Assembly: GCA_951406725.2 (NCBI GenBank)
Contig: OX597826.1
Location: 3,534,001-3,598,000 of the forward strand
Direction of reading: 5' to 3'
Source: Octopus vulgaris
Lineage: Eukaryota
Length of the DNA: 64,000 nucleotides
The stretch's first letter is position 1, and every line of letters starts with the position of its first letter. Below the pieces are notes generated by a model. It saw only the letters and a list, made by a program, of their open reading frames with translations, was not told where the DNA came from and ran no database searches. Below, piece by piece: positions 1 through 12,980 of this stretch. Made by a program: the position numbers and the translations under genes.

Positions 1-780
1 TGTATTTAATTTTCGCATATTATTTGTTTCTTAACATTAAATTCAGTAGTTGTCCATACTAGTTTTCTAAATTCACTGTTATATTACTTTATATTAGCTT
101 TTGTGTACTTTTGACATTCTTTGTAGATTATATGCTCCATACATATTGTCTATCATTCCATCAATTGTTCTCAATAGCTGTATACTTTATATTTCATCTT
201 TGTGAAATCATGAATCAATAGGCGCCATTCAATTTTAAAAACACCTCCAGGTCATGTATATCGCATATATTGCTTCTTTTTCCTTTCATTTCGTGTCCAT
301 GTGTTTTCAAAAGATTCCAGTTCATTCAACGAAGCACACAGAAAATTGGAGTTAAACAAATGCGTTAACAGCTACGTTTTCCCTTCGTATTATTAAGGCA
401 CGATTCATTCCTTTACCATACCGTGGCTGATAAATTCTTTCGTTGTTTACTTGGTACTGCTTATGACAAAATTTCTAATTATCCAGCTTTTGCAGACCAA
501 AATGTAAATTTTGTTTTTTATATTGTTCATTGACCATAATTTTCTCTGCAAAGGCTCACACTGGATTGAATCAGTTAAGAACCGCAGCTCACTTTTCATT
601 TGATTATTCCCTGTTTAACTTGCTAGCAATTGGTTTTCATTACTCGGTTCACTTTTTTTTTTTTTTTTTGGTATATATTGCTGGACACAATCATTTTTAT
701 CTAAATGCTGTTAGTTAATTCTCTTGCCATACGTTTTACAGGGGCATAATATTTCGCTAGATGGAAAGTACCTTTTATAC

Positions 781-795
781 TCATCATCATCGTCC

Positions 796-850
<55 letters not shown>

Positions 851-895
851 TATTATTATTATTACTATTATTATTATTATTACTATTTTATTATA
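781..895. repeat. (TCA)n/(TTA)n microsatellite; forms the 3' tail of the adjacent minus-strand LINE
   Basis: Direct trinucleotide arrays abutting the 3' UTR of the Dong-like element. Confidence 0.9.
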
Positions 896-2340
896 TTTTA
901 TGTTTGACTTTTGCTTTACATTTGTAAAAGTTGGCTCCAAGTCTCACCCAGAGACCTCAAGACACAACAAGCTGGAGGTCCATGTTGGTGTTATGCCTAG
1001 GGTGCCATGTATTTGCTTTTGTACATAGTGTTGATCTAGAGAATTTTTAAGAAACCATAAGAAAATAATGTTTGTTTTAAAACTTGAGATTACATAGAAA
1101 GTATTTTGCGTAGGATATGAGCAGTTCCCATGAGCACTATCTTTTGAATTTCTCCCATTTTGCGGTTTCCTGTCATCTGAGCTAGGTTGCAATCATCCCC
1201 TTTTGCTATCATTCCTTATGACAGCAGGTATTGTTTTAGTCTTCAGTTTCTACATTTTATTAATTTGCATTATGTCTGCGTTTATAAGTATTATTCAAAA
1301 TATGATTGATGCTTTCGTCACCTTTCTTACAGATTCTATATTTGCTGTCTGACCGAGTTTTGTCGAGCTCTGCCTCTATCACACTTCATCCGAGTGCATG
1401 TTTCTGAGTGTCTATAATTAACTTTTCTGTCTCTCCTTTCAGGTTTCAATCTGTCAGCCACAGTCAACGATTTCCATTTCGAACATTCTCGGTGTATTGC
1501 CAGAACTGACCATGAAGTTCCGTTTGTGCATTTTGCTGTTCTATTTGTTTCCATTTTTGTTATCCTGTTATTCTTCGTTTTCTTTTTTAGATTCTTATAC
1601 TACTTCAGTCACGTGTTGGATATCCCTGGTTGCCAATAGTATTATTTGTTTACTCTGCACAACATTATCTGTAGACTCAATAACGTTTAGTAATCTACTG
1701 CTTTCAACCTTTATTGCTACGTACAGTGCATCAGAAACGATTTTAGGGTGGAGTGCGCTGTAAATTGTGAGCAACATTCTGGTTCTATCCAAGTACTGTA
1801 GCCCAACCTTAGTCCATTTTTGAAATGAGCAAAGTATCTCAATACGGGCATACTCCATGTATTTTAAAGATATTCCCTCAATATAATTTTTTCTCGAGCA
1901 ATTCGCAAATTCTCATTTTGTACCATTTAGCGACTTCATTTCTCCCTTCATTATCCTAGCGTCTTGCTTCACACCTAGGTATTTACAAACCACCCCGCTA
2001 TTCCACTGTGAACTAATAATGTTGCCCTATTGTAAATTTACGTTCTGCGTGCTTTTCTACCTTAAACTGAACCCCATAATATTTAATGAATACTTATGCT
2101 ATTTGACTAAAAGTGTCTCGCTGTGTCTCATTTATTGTAAATAACATTACATCATCCAAAAGATGTAGGTGATTTATTTTCTTTAGAATTGGTAATCTCT
2201 TAGGCACGCCTGTATTTCTTAGTATTCTTCTCAGAGTGCTCAGTGCAATGATGAAGAGTAATGGAGAGCGCGAGGCGCCTTGGAAAATACCCCTACATAT
2301 TTTCACATTGCCTGGCTATTCATTTCCGCATGTCAGTTCC
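896..2340 (-). mobile_element. Decayed R4/Dong-clade non-LTR retrotransposon (RT, thumb, CCHC knuckle, C-terminus, 3' UTR)
   Basis: Minus-strand translations: RT 'RGIFQGASRSPLLFIIAL...KINHLHLLDDVMLF' (2094-2306); thumb 'LDRTRMLLTIYSALHPK' (1595-1858); 'LHGQFW...LWL...LKGETE'; knuckle 'KYRICKKGDESINHIL'; C-terminus 'EIQKIVLMGTAHILRKILSM*' (~1090-1190). These are followed by a UTR and a (TAA)n tail. Many stops and frameshifts. Confidence 0.85.
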
Positions 2341-2387
2341 AATTTCCACACTCTAATTGCGTATAATTTTTGTTGTTGTTTTTGTTA

Positions 2388-2466
2388 AGGCTGCCAGCTG
2401 GCAGAATCGTTAACTTAGCGGTACTTTGCTCTTCCCTATATTCTGAGTTCAAATTCCGTCGACTTT
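2388..2466 (+). mobile_element. SINE family B head fragment
   Basis: ggctgccagctggcagaatcgtt...ttctgagttcaaattccg matches the head of the copies at 6052, 61747 and 63433. Confidence 0.7.
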
Positions 2467-2589
2467 ATACTTCATACATTTCATACATTTCGTGGTCGAT
2501 AGATAAGTACACCTGAAACACTTCTTTTTTTCGAGCAGCTTCCGGTGTATTCGAGCGGTTTCTTTCTATTTTGTCTTTTATAATCATAT

Positions 2590-2866
2590 CTGTTTTCTGC
2601 AAGTGGTCCACCCTTGTTGCAGGTCTTATTTGTTCCACGTACTTCTCGAGATTTCTGCTCACTGTTCCCAGAGCTCCGATAATTATTGGTACTACTGCTA
2701 CCTTTTCTTGGACCACAACTGCTTAACTTCTCAAGCTAACCTTTCATATCTCACAACTTTTCTTTCTTCCTCATCGCATTCCTTGTTTTAAGCTGGGTAT
2801 GCTATATCTATGATCCAGCATACTTTGTTTTCTTTAAAAATGAAGACTATGTCCGGCTTCGTATAC
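2590..2866 (-). mobile_element. R4/Dong-type restriction-like endonuclease (REL) fragment from a second element
   Basis: 'KPDIVFIFKENKVCWIIDIAYPA...VAVVPIIIGALGTVSRNLEKY...LQKT' is the PD..D REL motif plus the IGALG motif of R4-clade proteins. Confidence 0.8.
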
Positions 2867-2867
2867 T

Positions 2868-2899
2868 GATTATTATTATTATTATTATTATTATTGATG

Positions 2900-2982
<83 letters not shown>

Positions 2983-3000
2983 GTTGTTGTTATTATTATT
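2868..3000. repeat. (TTA)n microsatellite
   Basis: Direct array. Confidence 0.95.
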
Positions 3001-3560
3001 GAGTGAGAGAGCAGTGCATGCCTTCAAAGTGACACTGGGCTAAAATATACGAAGCCAAGTATACCCATCATGTCATCCAGTCTGATAAGGATACACCAGG
3101 CACATGCATCACAACCATATGTACGCGATATGGTGATCTCATATCAAGATAAACAGCACATGACCTTGCAGGTGGGGGCCCAGTTAGAATTTTCTTCTCG
3201 TTGAGTAGCCCATCCCGCTCAAAAGGTCCCTGAATAAGGATTGTTTAAGGATGTTGAACGAAACACCCATGTTTCCAAAGGTGAATTATCCAAACCTCCA
3301 AGAATTCCTTTCAACACAGGGCTATGATGCTCCCGCACTACTTCTGCTCGTGATCAGAGATGCACATTCCGTCAGCCACTAAGGGACATGCTCAACTGGT
3401 TATCGTCAAACAACTGACAAGCAAATCTGTGGTATTGAGCAGAATATTTGCTGTAGCCAATCTTTTATACCAAGGCAAATCAATGTACATGATAACACTT
3501 CCAATCATTTATAAGGTCAGAATCCACGAGACCCACTGCTTGGTACTGCATCAGGGCGTT
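3001..3560 (-). mobile_element. Family C: ~560-bp non-coding interspersed element, full-length copy between two (TTA)n arrays
   Basis: Near-identical copies at 17060, 53688 and 63727. No ORF and no TIR. Strand is inferred by treating (TAA)n as the 3' tail. Confidence 0.85.
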
Positions 3561-3658
<98 letters not shown>

Positions 3659-5056
3659 GTCCAGGTATTTATAGACATGTTTTTCTTCTCAATTTATGTC
3701 CATCATTGTATATATATTTCTCAGCGTTCATAATATTACTCCCTGCTAAGACGGTGAGCTGCTATAATAGTTATCACGCTGGTAGCAACATTTCTTCCGA
3801 CTTTGCATCTTGTCCACAAATGTCACCGGGATCGACTCTACATTAAGCATAAACCCTGTTAAGCATTAGGGGTCTATTTAGTCAAATTAGCCCCCACCCC
3901 ACCCCAGCCCACTTCTATTTCTTGCCTAGCACAAAAGTTTTACATCTATAGTAATATCAAATGGACATAAATGTTGCATATCTTACATTATCTTTTTCGT
4001 TTGGCAAAGAAAACCTCATTTTTTTCCCAATGAAGTACAATATTTATGAGAAAGCTAGCAGTTTTACTTATTTACTTTCGTATAAATATACTTTCCACTT
4101 ATCTGTTTTTATTGCAGATGTTCTTTGCTATTCCTTTAGTTTCGTCTGATCCTTTAGGATTTTATGAAAACAGAACTGTTTTAGATTCTCTTTTTCTTCA
4201 TATATTTTCTCTCATTTCACTGCTTTGTTTCTCACGTATACTGTATTTTTATTATACCTTCCCTGCCATTTACTTATGCTAACTTTGGATTTCTGTTAAA
4301 TATTAATAAGTTCTTCCTTTTTCGCTGTATATATTTCCATATTTCTCTTTGGAATATTTGCTAACTATTCCATTCTTTACGTAATATTCTCTTGCTGCGC
4401 TATCGTTCTTTACAAATGACATTAGCTGTTGCATATTATCTATGATTTACATAGATTATATCTATTACATAATTGCGAAGTATTTATTTTAGTTCTGTAT
4501 TTACATTTTTAAACAATTTTTCTCCATTTTCATTTGTTACTTCTATTACGATATATGGCGTTCTTTAATCAATATTAGCACAGCATAGTCCTACAATTAT
4601 ATTATGGATTTCATTACACATAGTACAACAATTACATTAGATATTTCATGTTCGCTTTTTAGACGCTGATTGTCATGTTTTCTACAGGTTTTTGTTCTTT
4701 GTATTTATTTAGGTTTTATAATATTTATATATTTTTTGCGTTGCTGTTTCTTGTGAAATTCATTGCAGAAATACTGAGAGTTCATTTGGTATACTGTGAA
4801 TTGCATTTATAGCTAAGGTACGCATTGCGTTAAATATAATTTTATTTGGAGAATTTCGTGTTTCTTGTTTCACAAATAGTTGTAATTTTGAGAGCTGTTT
4901 TGTGCGATAAAGTAACCGTATTCAACGATTTTCCCTTTCAAGTATTCTATTGGTTACATCTTCTTGCTTACAATATACCATTTGTAATGAATTATACATT
5001 TGGCCTTTAATTATCTGTCACAACATTACAGTATTCATTCTATTTAAATAACAGTA

Positions 5057-5131
5057 GTGGAGGGGCTATGGCCCAGTCGTTAGGGCAGCGAACTCGCGGT
5101 CGTATGGTCGCGGTTTCGATTCCTAGACCGA
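5057..5131 (+). mobile_element. SINE family F tRNA-like head only
   Basis: gtggaggggctatggcccagtcgttagggcagcg...ggtttcgattcc (A and B boxes); matches the copy at 21347. Confidence 0.7.
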
Positions 5132-6051
5132 CAGATGCCCAAAACGCAAACCTGGTACGACGTATAATACTACTACTGGATAGCACAGGGTAAATCTGAA
5201 AGTGGACGAGCTTTACATTATACACCATTACAGTTTTAACAGAACATTCCTTAACTATATATATTTACTGAATTGAACCGGTCTCAGCACATGTGCTGTG
5301 GCACCACCATTTGTATATGTATGTATGTGTGTGTGTATGTATGTGTGTGTGTATGTATGTATGTATGTATGTATGTATGTATGTATGTATGTATGTATTG
5401 TATTGATATATTATTTTATGCCACTCTGCTATTATTTGGGAATTGCTTTCAGTTCAATCTTGTCTATGAAATACACTGTTACTTTCACGTTACTGTAGCG
5501 AGTACAACATGGAATTAATCGATAGAACAATAACTGCACATCGTTGAAGCCGACAATGGAGGAACTCCTGTTTGACAGACCCCCAACGAGCTTCTTTTAA
5601 TGTTTTGAAACAGGCTATTTCAAGTTTTAAAATAAGATATTTCAAGTTCTATTTCAAGTTACTATAATAGGGCTAGCTACGTTATTTTACATGAAAAGCA
5701 AGACAGGGTACTTTTTTTAACAGCTGCAAAATAAATTTTTCAATTATATTTATAAATAATATTATAAACTACCACACATTACCTATCACTATGTTGTTTG
5801 CTTTGTTTGAGTTTTTGGAGTTTACATTTCTGCAGTAAATAGAGAACTCCCAAAAGTTAACCGTACAATTTGAAAAATTCAGAAAACATTAAATGTAAGC
5901 ATAACTCAGCACAGTTTATTGGTAAAGAATTAAAGATTTATAAGAAACATCAGAACACTTTCATGCGGGATCCAATGTGTGGGATGTAACTTATTTAGAC
6001 CATACAATAGAATTACAACAAATCGTGAAAGTTGTAATGATACTTTATGAC

Positions 6052-6510
6052 AGTCTGGCAGAAACGTTAGCACGCCGGGCGAAATGCCTAGCGGTATTTC
6101 ATCTGCTGTTACGTTCTGAGTTCAAATTCCGCCGAGGTCGGCTTTGCCTTTCATCCTTTCAGGATCGATTAAATAAGTACCAGTTACGCACTAGCGTCGA
6201 TATAATCGAATTAACCCGTTTGTCTATCCTTGTTTGTGCCCTCTGTGTTTAGTCCCTTGTGGGTAGTAAAGAAATAGGTATTTCGTCTGTCTTTACGTTC
6301 TGAATTCAAATTCCGCGCAGGTGGACTTTGCCTTTCATCCTTTCGGGTTCGATAAATTAAGCACCAGTTGCGTACTAGATTCTGTCTAATCGACTGGCCC
6401 CTTTCCCCATAATTTTGGGCCCTGTGTCTTTAGTAGAAAGGTCTGGCCCTTTCCACACTGGCCCCTTCCCCACAAACTTTGGGCCTTGTGCCTTTAGTAG
6501 AGAGCATAAT
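6052..6510 (+). mobile_element. Composite SINE family B (tRNA head plus Meta/MESC-like central domain): B1-tail copy, then a partial B2-tail copy with a duplicated tail
   Basis: B box gagttcaaattcc; the central 'ctttgcctttcatcctttcggg.tcgataaattaag.accag' resembles the MetaSINE domain; multiple copies in the window. Confidence 0.85.
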
Positions 6511-6576
6511 AATCTTGGCTTCAAATTTTTGCATAAGGCATGCAAGATCATGGGAGGGGATATATCGATTGCATCG

Positions 6577-6763
6577 ACCAAGGGAAAGGCAAAAGGGGCC
6601 GACACAGCTTGGCACCTGTGGCGTCGCAGCTCATTTCTACAGCTGAGTAAACTGGAGCAACGAGAAATAAATTATCTTGCTCAAGAACACAACACGTAGC
6701 CCGGTCCGGGATTCGAACTCACAACCTCACGATCGAAAGCTCGACGCTCTAACCACTGAGCCT
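6577..6763 (-). mobile_element. SINE family D (tRNA head plus CORE-like domain), 5' part
   Basis: The minus strand reads ggctcagtggttagagcg...gagttcgaatccc (A/B boxes), then cttgagcaag...gttgctccagtttactcagctg, which is shared with family E. Confidence 0.8.
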
Positions 6764-7235
6764 TCGCATAATACATAACACATAACAGTTATAAGATATC
6801 AGGTAAATTTTTGCGATTAAGAAATTCGCTTCGCAACCACAAACAAAGGGATTCGGTCTAAAGGCATGAATTATTGTACAGGCTACTAAAACTGTAGCTT
6901 TGGAATGACTACTACAACATCCGAGTGTTCACACCGGCCATTTAAAAAGTATACAAAATCTTTCATTTGTCTCAGTCTGTGTTCTCTAAACTAGGCGACA
7001 CTTAAAGCGTGTGAATCAGCAATATCGTTGTCAGTACCATTTCTACAGCTAAGTGTTAAATCAAAGTTATCTATTTATCGCATCATTAAGTTACGGGATA
7101 TACACACATACATCGAATTAATAATAGACAGAATGATACAAATGCACTTACATATACACATATATACAGAGACGTATACATGTATAATGCTTCGTACGTA
7201 TATGTACACAAAAATATGTAAGTATGCTTTCATCT

Positions 7236-7498
<263 letters not shown>

Positions 7499-8999
7499 GC
7501 ACAGTAGATAAGAAAGCGGGCTTTTGTGTATGTTGGTGGAATGTACAGTAGATTATACTTGCACGTTCGTATCTGTCTTAAATTTGCCGATAACAGCAAA
7601 TTCGTTTTCGCCGGCGTCTTAATATATGGTTAAGCGATATGCCGAAATTGCATAATTATAAACTTATATATTGCCTAACATTGATTCTATTACTGAGCGA
7701 ATGTTACAGTTATCGCTAATAATAATGTGTATTAGTCCCTAGTTACTAATACAAAATCTCAATCAATCTTTGATATGTACTGTATTTATTAAAACACCAG
7801 ATTCAATGTAACTCGAAATGATAAACCGCTGGAATATTAACAGTGGAAATGAAGACAAAACAAAATAAAACAAAACGAAGAGAAAAGCAAACAACATATA
7901 CCCCAACAATAATATAATTTAATGAATGCAATTGAGGAAAATAAGGCGGAAACCGACTGGCTGAAATAAATGATGCTTCGCTATTAAACACTTTTCATTT
8001 TACGGTAGCTCTTATTTTCTTTTATTATACAAGGTTATTATTGATTTGCACATTCGTATACAAAGCTACGAGTTGGAATCTGGTGTATTATTAGGTGAAT
8101 GTCTACGAACAAACAAACGGGAATTCTGAATGGTCGCTCAACCTGCTAAGTAGAGCAACTAGATTTCCCTCATATCTGGTTTTAAAGAATGCCTTTCCAT
8201 TACGTGATCACAAACATACTACATTCTTAGAAAGTAGCTCCAAGTGCTGGGTTTTAAATGCTTGAACTCATAGGTCATCGAGAACAACAGGAAGTATACT
8301 TATGAACTTATGGGTTGTCCCTTAAAGTGGGGACGTATCGTCTTGCAATATATAGCAACCATATATTCTGAAAATCAAGTCATACAGACACATTTTATGG
8401 CATAACCAAGTAACGAATGGTAGCAACTATGATCCCACCTTTCTGGGACTCTGAAACGGAATAATGGAAAATAGAAAAGTTTATTACAACAATTGTCTGC
8501 AACTGTAAAGCAGGTAAGAAGCAGATAATTTGTTAAAATAATGGACAATTTAATTTTGAACAAGGGAACGTCACGTGGCAGTATTTTTCTTGTTCCATAA
8601 ACAACCTTGCCCGGACTTGTGCTTCGGAGGGTAACTTTCTAAGTGCAATCGCAGGGTCAGTCATGACCGAAGGGGGTCTCAGTATGTGTTATTTCAAATT
8701 ACTTAGGTTCCAGGCCACCAGTTTTAATTCTGTAAACTTCTATGAAGTATGTATTTAATTCACTTTTCTATGTAAATTCTCTTAATTTAATTTTGAACAA
8801 GGGAATGTCACGTAGCAGTAGTTTTCTTGGTCCCAGATCTTAGCACAGGTCTATTCAATTAGCTTTGCTAAACGGATAGTATTCATTCATTAAGTTGGTT
8901 AAAATGAAAGACAGACGGGCTTGATATTTGGAATTAGCACATTCTGGACTTCTGGATTTCTGCGGTCACAGTGTTCAGGTTTTAGCTCTTGAAAGCAAT

Positions 9000-9340
9000 G
9001 GGATTTCCACAGGCGAAAATTCAATTCTTTATGCATCACCATACGTATTGTGTGTCTTCTTACTCCCTTTCACGAGCTGCTTGAGGTGTTGAATTTTGTG
9101 GGCTGCGATTAAACATTTCCTGCATTGTTGCCCCGTTCTCCGCTGATCGGGATGTGGTTGAACGACCATCTCTTCTTGCATCGCTCACAAAGCCCGTGGT
9201 TATCAGCTTTGCATGAAAACTTTTTATTGTCTTCGGACGTAGAGTTGCATGCTTACCTTTCCATGCACACCAACGTCATTGAACCAAAACAATGGAATTC
9301 CACTCGCTCCTGAACAAACAAGCACCGTCCATTTGGAAAA
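9000..9340 (-). mobile_element. Tc1/mariner-superfamily transposase N-terminal fragment (decayed)
   Basis: Minus translation 'PKTIKSFHAKLITTGFVSDARRDGRSTTSRSAEN...EMFNRSPQNSTPQAARE' resembles the HTH-GRP-HTH region of maT/DD37D-like transposases. Confidence 0.65.
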
Positions 9341-9460
9341 TAAGAAATAAAAATAGAAAAATAGAAAAATCTTCATTAGGGTTGCCTGTTTAAAAAATGT
9401 TTTTATCGTGACACTAAAAATTCTATAAGCAATTTCTGTATATGTATATATGTATATTAT

Positions 9461-9882
9461 TTTATTTGTTTCAGTCATTTGGCTGGAACACCGCTTTTAG
9501 TAGAACGAATCGACCCCAGGACCTATTCTTCGTAAGCATAGTACTTATTTTGTCGGACTCTTCAGCCGAACTGCGAAGTTACGGGGACGTAAACAAACTA
9601 AAATTGGTTGTCAAGCGATGGGTAGCAGGGCACAAATACAGACACCCAAACGCACACACATATGCAAAACCCAAAAACTGAACAAGAATGTAACGGACGA
9701 CAATGAAAATATACGGATATTACAAAAACAGACAGGAAAACCAGAACGAAATATTTTTTCTATTCATCAGTCAATCTTCCAATAATCATTACAGTTTCGG
9801 CCTGTTAAACTTGACACTGTTATATATATATACAATGGGACTGAACCCGGAACCATGTGGTTGGTAAGGAAGCTACTTACCA
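9461..9882 (-). mobile_element. SINE family A, fragmented, with unrelated sequence (~9670-9820) in its internal microsatellite
   Basis: Tail half at 9461-9660 and head piece at 9837-9882 match the full copy at 14592-15049. Confidence 0.75.
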
Positions 9883-9912
9883 AAGGGCAACTGTATATAT
9901 ATATATATATTA

Positions 9913-9948
<36 letters not shown>

Positions 9949-10004
9949 ATATATATATCTATATATATATGTATGTATACACACATACATACATTTAAAT
10001 TGGG

Positions 10005-10260
10005 TACAACTGTTCCGTTGTTGCCTTTATTGAAGTCATAAAGCAAAATGTGCCGAATATGCTCCTTTGTCACTTCCATTATAACTTTGAAAAAATAACT
10101 TATAAAATGGAATTGCACTCTTCAAAACTTGCACTAAGAATAAGTACATGGTAAAATTAAGACCTGCTTTCAAAGCAAGTTGATGCAGGTAGTTAGTCGT
10201 CCCCGCCTATTTTAGTTCATGCAATTGAAAAAACCGCATTATTTATGGGATGACCCAATA
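10005..10260 (-). mobile_element. mariner 5' end (TIR plus start of transposase)
   Basis: TIR ttgggtcatcccataaataatgcggttttt with flanking TA (minus strand from ~10260); ORF start 'MEVTKEHIRHILLYDFNKGNN' is typical of a mariner transposase HTH. Confidence 0.85.
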
Positions 10261-10927
10261 TACTGAAGTTAAAGAAAATAGGGATATTTTTCCAAATGAT
10301 GTGGTCCTTTTTCTTTATAAAGAGGGGTTTTTCGACTAGTGGTATGCAGCTACTTATATTCTTTGCAGACATTTATTCAGAATTTGTTGCAGTAAATCAA
10401 TTCTATTAAATAAAACAGAACCAAACAACATTAATTGTCTCGGGGGGAATAAGATTCGATAAAGCCTGTATAATTTATATGTATACTCATCGACAAAAAC
10501 TAATGTACTAGTAAAAAAAAAATTAATATATCGAGACAAAAAGAGTTGTAATCTGAAGTCACTTTGTCTTACAACGATTATAAATACTTAAATTTAAACT
10601 GAAGTTAGATACAGAAATAGCATTTCACTTAAAAAAGAAGTTGTCTTCACAAAAATACAAACGAAAAAAATATACCTGGGCATACACGCAACACGTGTAC
10701 AAAAGGAGCGCATATGCTTCCATACAAACGTATTGCGCACGTAAATAGGTCGATATGTGGACGTGTGAATATTATGAGAACGAATTTTAAATTACAAATT
10801 TGAAAGTGCTTAAGAATACGAAGTTACACCTCTAACGTTTCATTAGAGTAGGATTTCATACTTTTCAGAAGAAATACATACATGCATATACATCATGCAT
10901 ACATGTCTATATCTATCTATCTCTCTA

Positions 10928-11000
<73 letters not shown>

Positions 11001-11229
11001 GATTTTTACGAAGTGGCATAGCATTACCTTGAATTCTTTATATATATATATACAGCTTTACATAGGCATGTAGCCACAAGAGCACTATCTTAATAAGGGA
11101 GACAAGATCCGTTCGGTGACAAGATCCGTTCGGAGATAACTGCGGTACCACTTTGTGCCCTTGTCATTTTACTGTTGTCCATAAATTTGCCTTAGATTGT
11201 TAAATTGCTTAGCCACCCATATTACATGT

Positions 11230-11360
<131 letters not shown>

Positions 11361-12039
11361 TGACGTAATGTATCAGTCGAGCAATCTTCACTCTGTATGT
11401 ATACCTATACGTGTGGGGGGAGGGGGCTGCGCGCCTGTGTGTGTAATTATATAAGCTTACCTGCCTGCTCGCACACATACGCCTTCCTATGTACGTTTTG
11501 CAGAACACTTCATACAGTGAAGGAGCTTCGTTTCCAAATAAGAATGAGAGTCTTTGTCGTTAGAATTTGGATAACATCAACATTAGTTACCAAATATTAA
11601 ACTGTATACTTGCGCACTTTTACTGTTCTTTGTATAGATTTTATCGGTAAACTGTATGTAGGTGGTCTCTTTCTTATTTCACAAATTTTAGATTTTTTCC
11701 AAATCGCCATTTATTTACATATCCATACATTTACCAACATAACGAAGATCACCAATATTATTGGCATAAATGTGAATCTATAATCAGAGACGAGAGGCAG
11801 CACTTTTTAAAGCAATTTTACATAAATATTCTCTTCGCTGAAATAACTACATCTGAAGTGCAGGTAACCTCTGCGACTGTATATAAGGCTGGTTATGTGA
11901 AAAGTTGCTGAATATGAGTATGCTCTCTTTCCTTGTTAATGATTATATTTTTTCCTCTGAAGAAGTAACTGGATTCAAACACAGATACAAAGCCCCATCG
12001 TTAGAATGAAGGTACAAACGCGTGTCACATTCTAAACTT

Positions 12040-12980
12040 GAGGAAAGTGTTGCATATTTTTACCGTTCCACTTGCAGGTTGTACTTGTAGTGTGCGAGTT
12101 AATTGGTCATCCTAACTTATCCGGATTATAACTTGGGCATTTCCTCACAAAACAAAGTGCTCCAATCATTATTCGTATAAATATGCATGAATATTCCGGA
12201 TCTAGAAGCTGGAGTTTTCCAAGTACTCGTTTATAGTTATCCTTTCTCTCTTTTATTTTCAGGAAGATCTTCACGTCCACATGACAGCTGACCTCTATGG
12301 CGCTACATGTTTTTCTTGTCTGTCCCACACAACAATATTCAGCCTATGATTACACTTGATAGATGTTTGGATGGAAATGTTCCACCATTATTCTTTGTAT
12401 TGTTCCTGTATGAATACCATGACAGGGGTATTCTCTATATTTATTGCAGGATAGCATTTTTGGATGTATTCAATGACAATGGAATTCTCTACATCTATTT
12501 CAGGACAGCCTTTTTCCAGAATAGCATTTGTATATTTTCTTTAACAACAACGTCGTATCACAGAGGGCGGTAGTAGCTTGATGACATGTTTAGGCAGCTG
12601 CTAATCATCTTTGCGATGTATTCCACCGTAATATGACATAATTTACCTTTTCTTGTTGCATCTTGGAGCTCTAAGGGGTTCACTATCTCTTTTGTTGATT
12701 AGGTATTTCGTAGCAATTTCCTATTCTTGTATTGAAAATGCTCAGCCTTTTAGATGTGGTTGCAATGTAACGGTTATGCTTTGTGTTAATATTAATGTCT
12801 TCTATAAGTCTTCGCGAAACATACCCAAGCATGGTCCTTTTTTGGTATGTTCAGTGTTTCACGTCCAGGACTTCTGAGAGGTATGTAATTCCGGCTGCTT
12901 TGGGGTTGTGTGTGAGACTATCAGCAAGGGACTGCCTCCCGAGTAGTTTGCTGCCAACAGGATATGGTTTTCTTCACATT
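12040..12980 (-). mobile_element. Decayed R4/Dong-clade LINE fragment (linker, CCHC region, REL)
   Basis: Minus translations 'AFSIQE*EIATKYLINKR', 'MISSCLNMSSSYY', 'NIVVWDRQEK', 'IEVSCHVDVKIFLKIKERKDNY...IMIGAL'. Confidence 0.75.
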
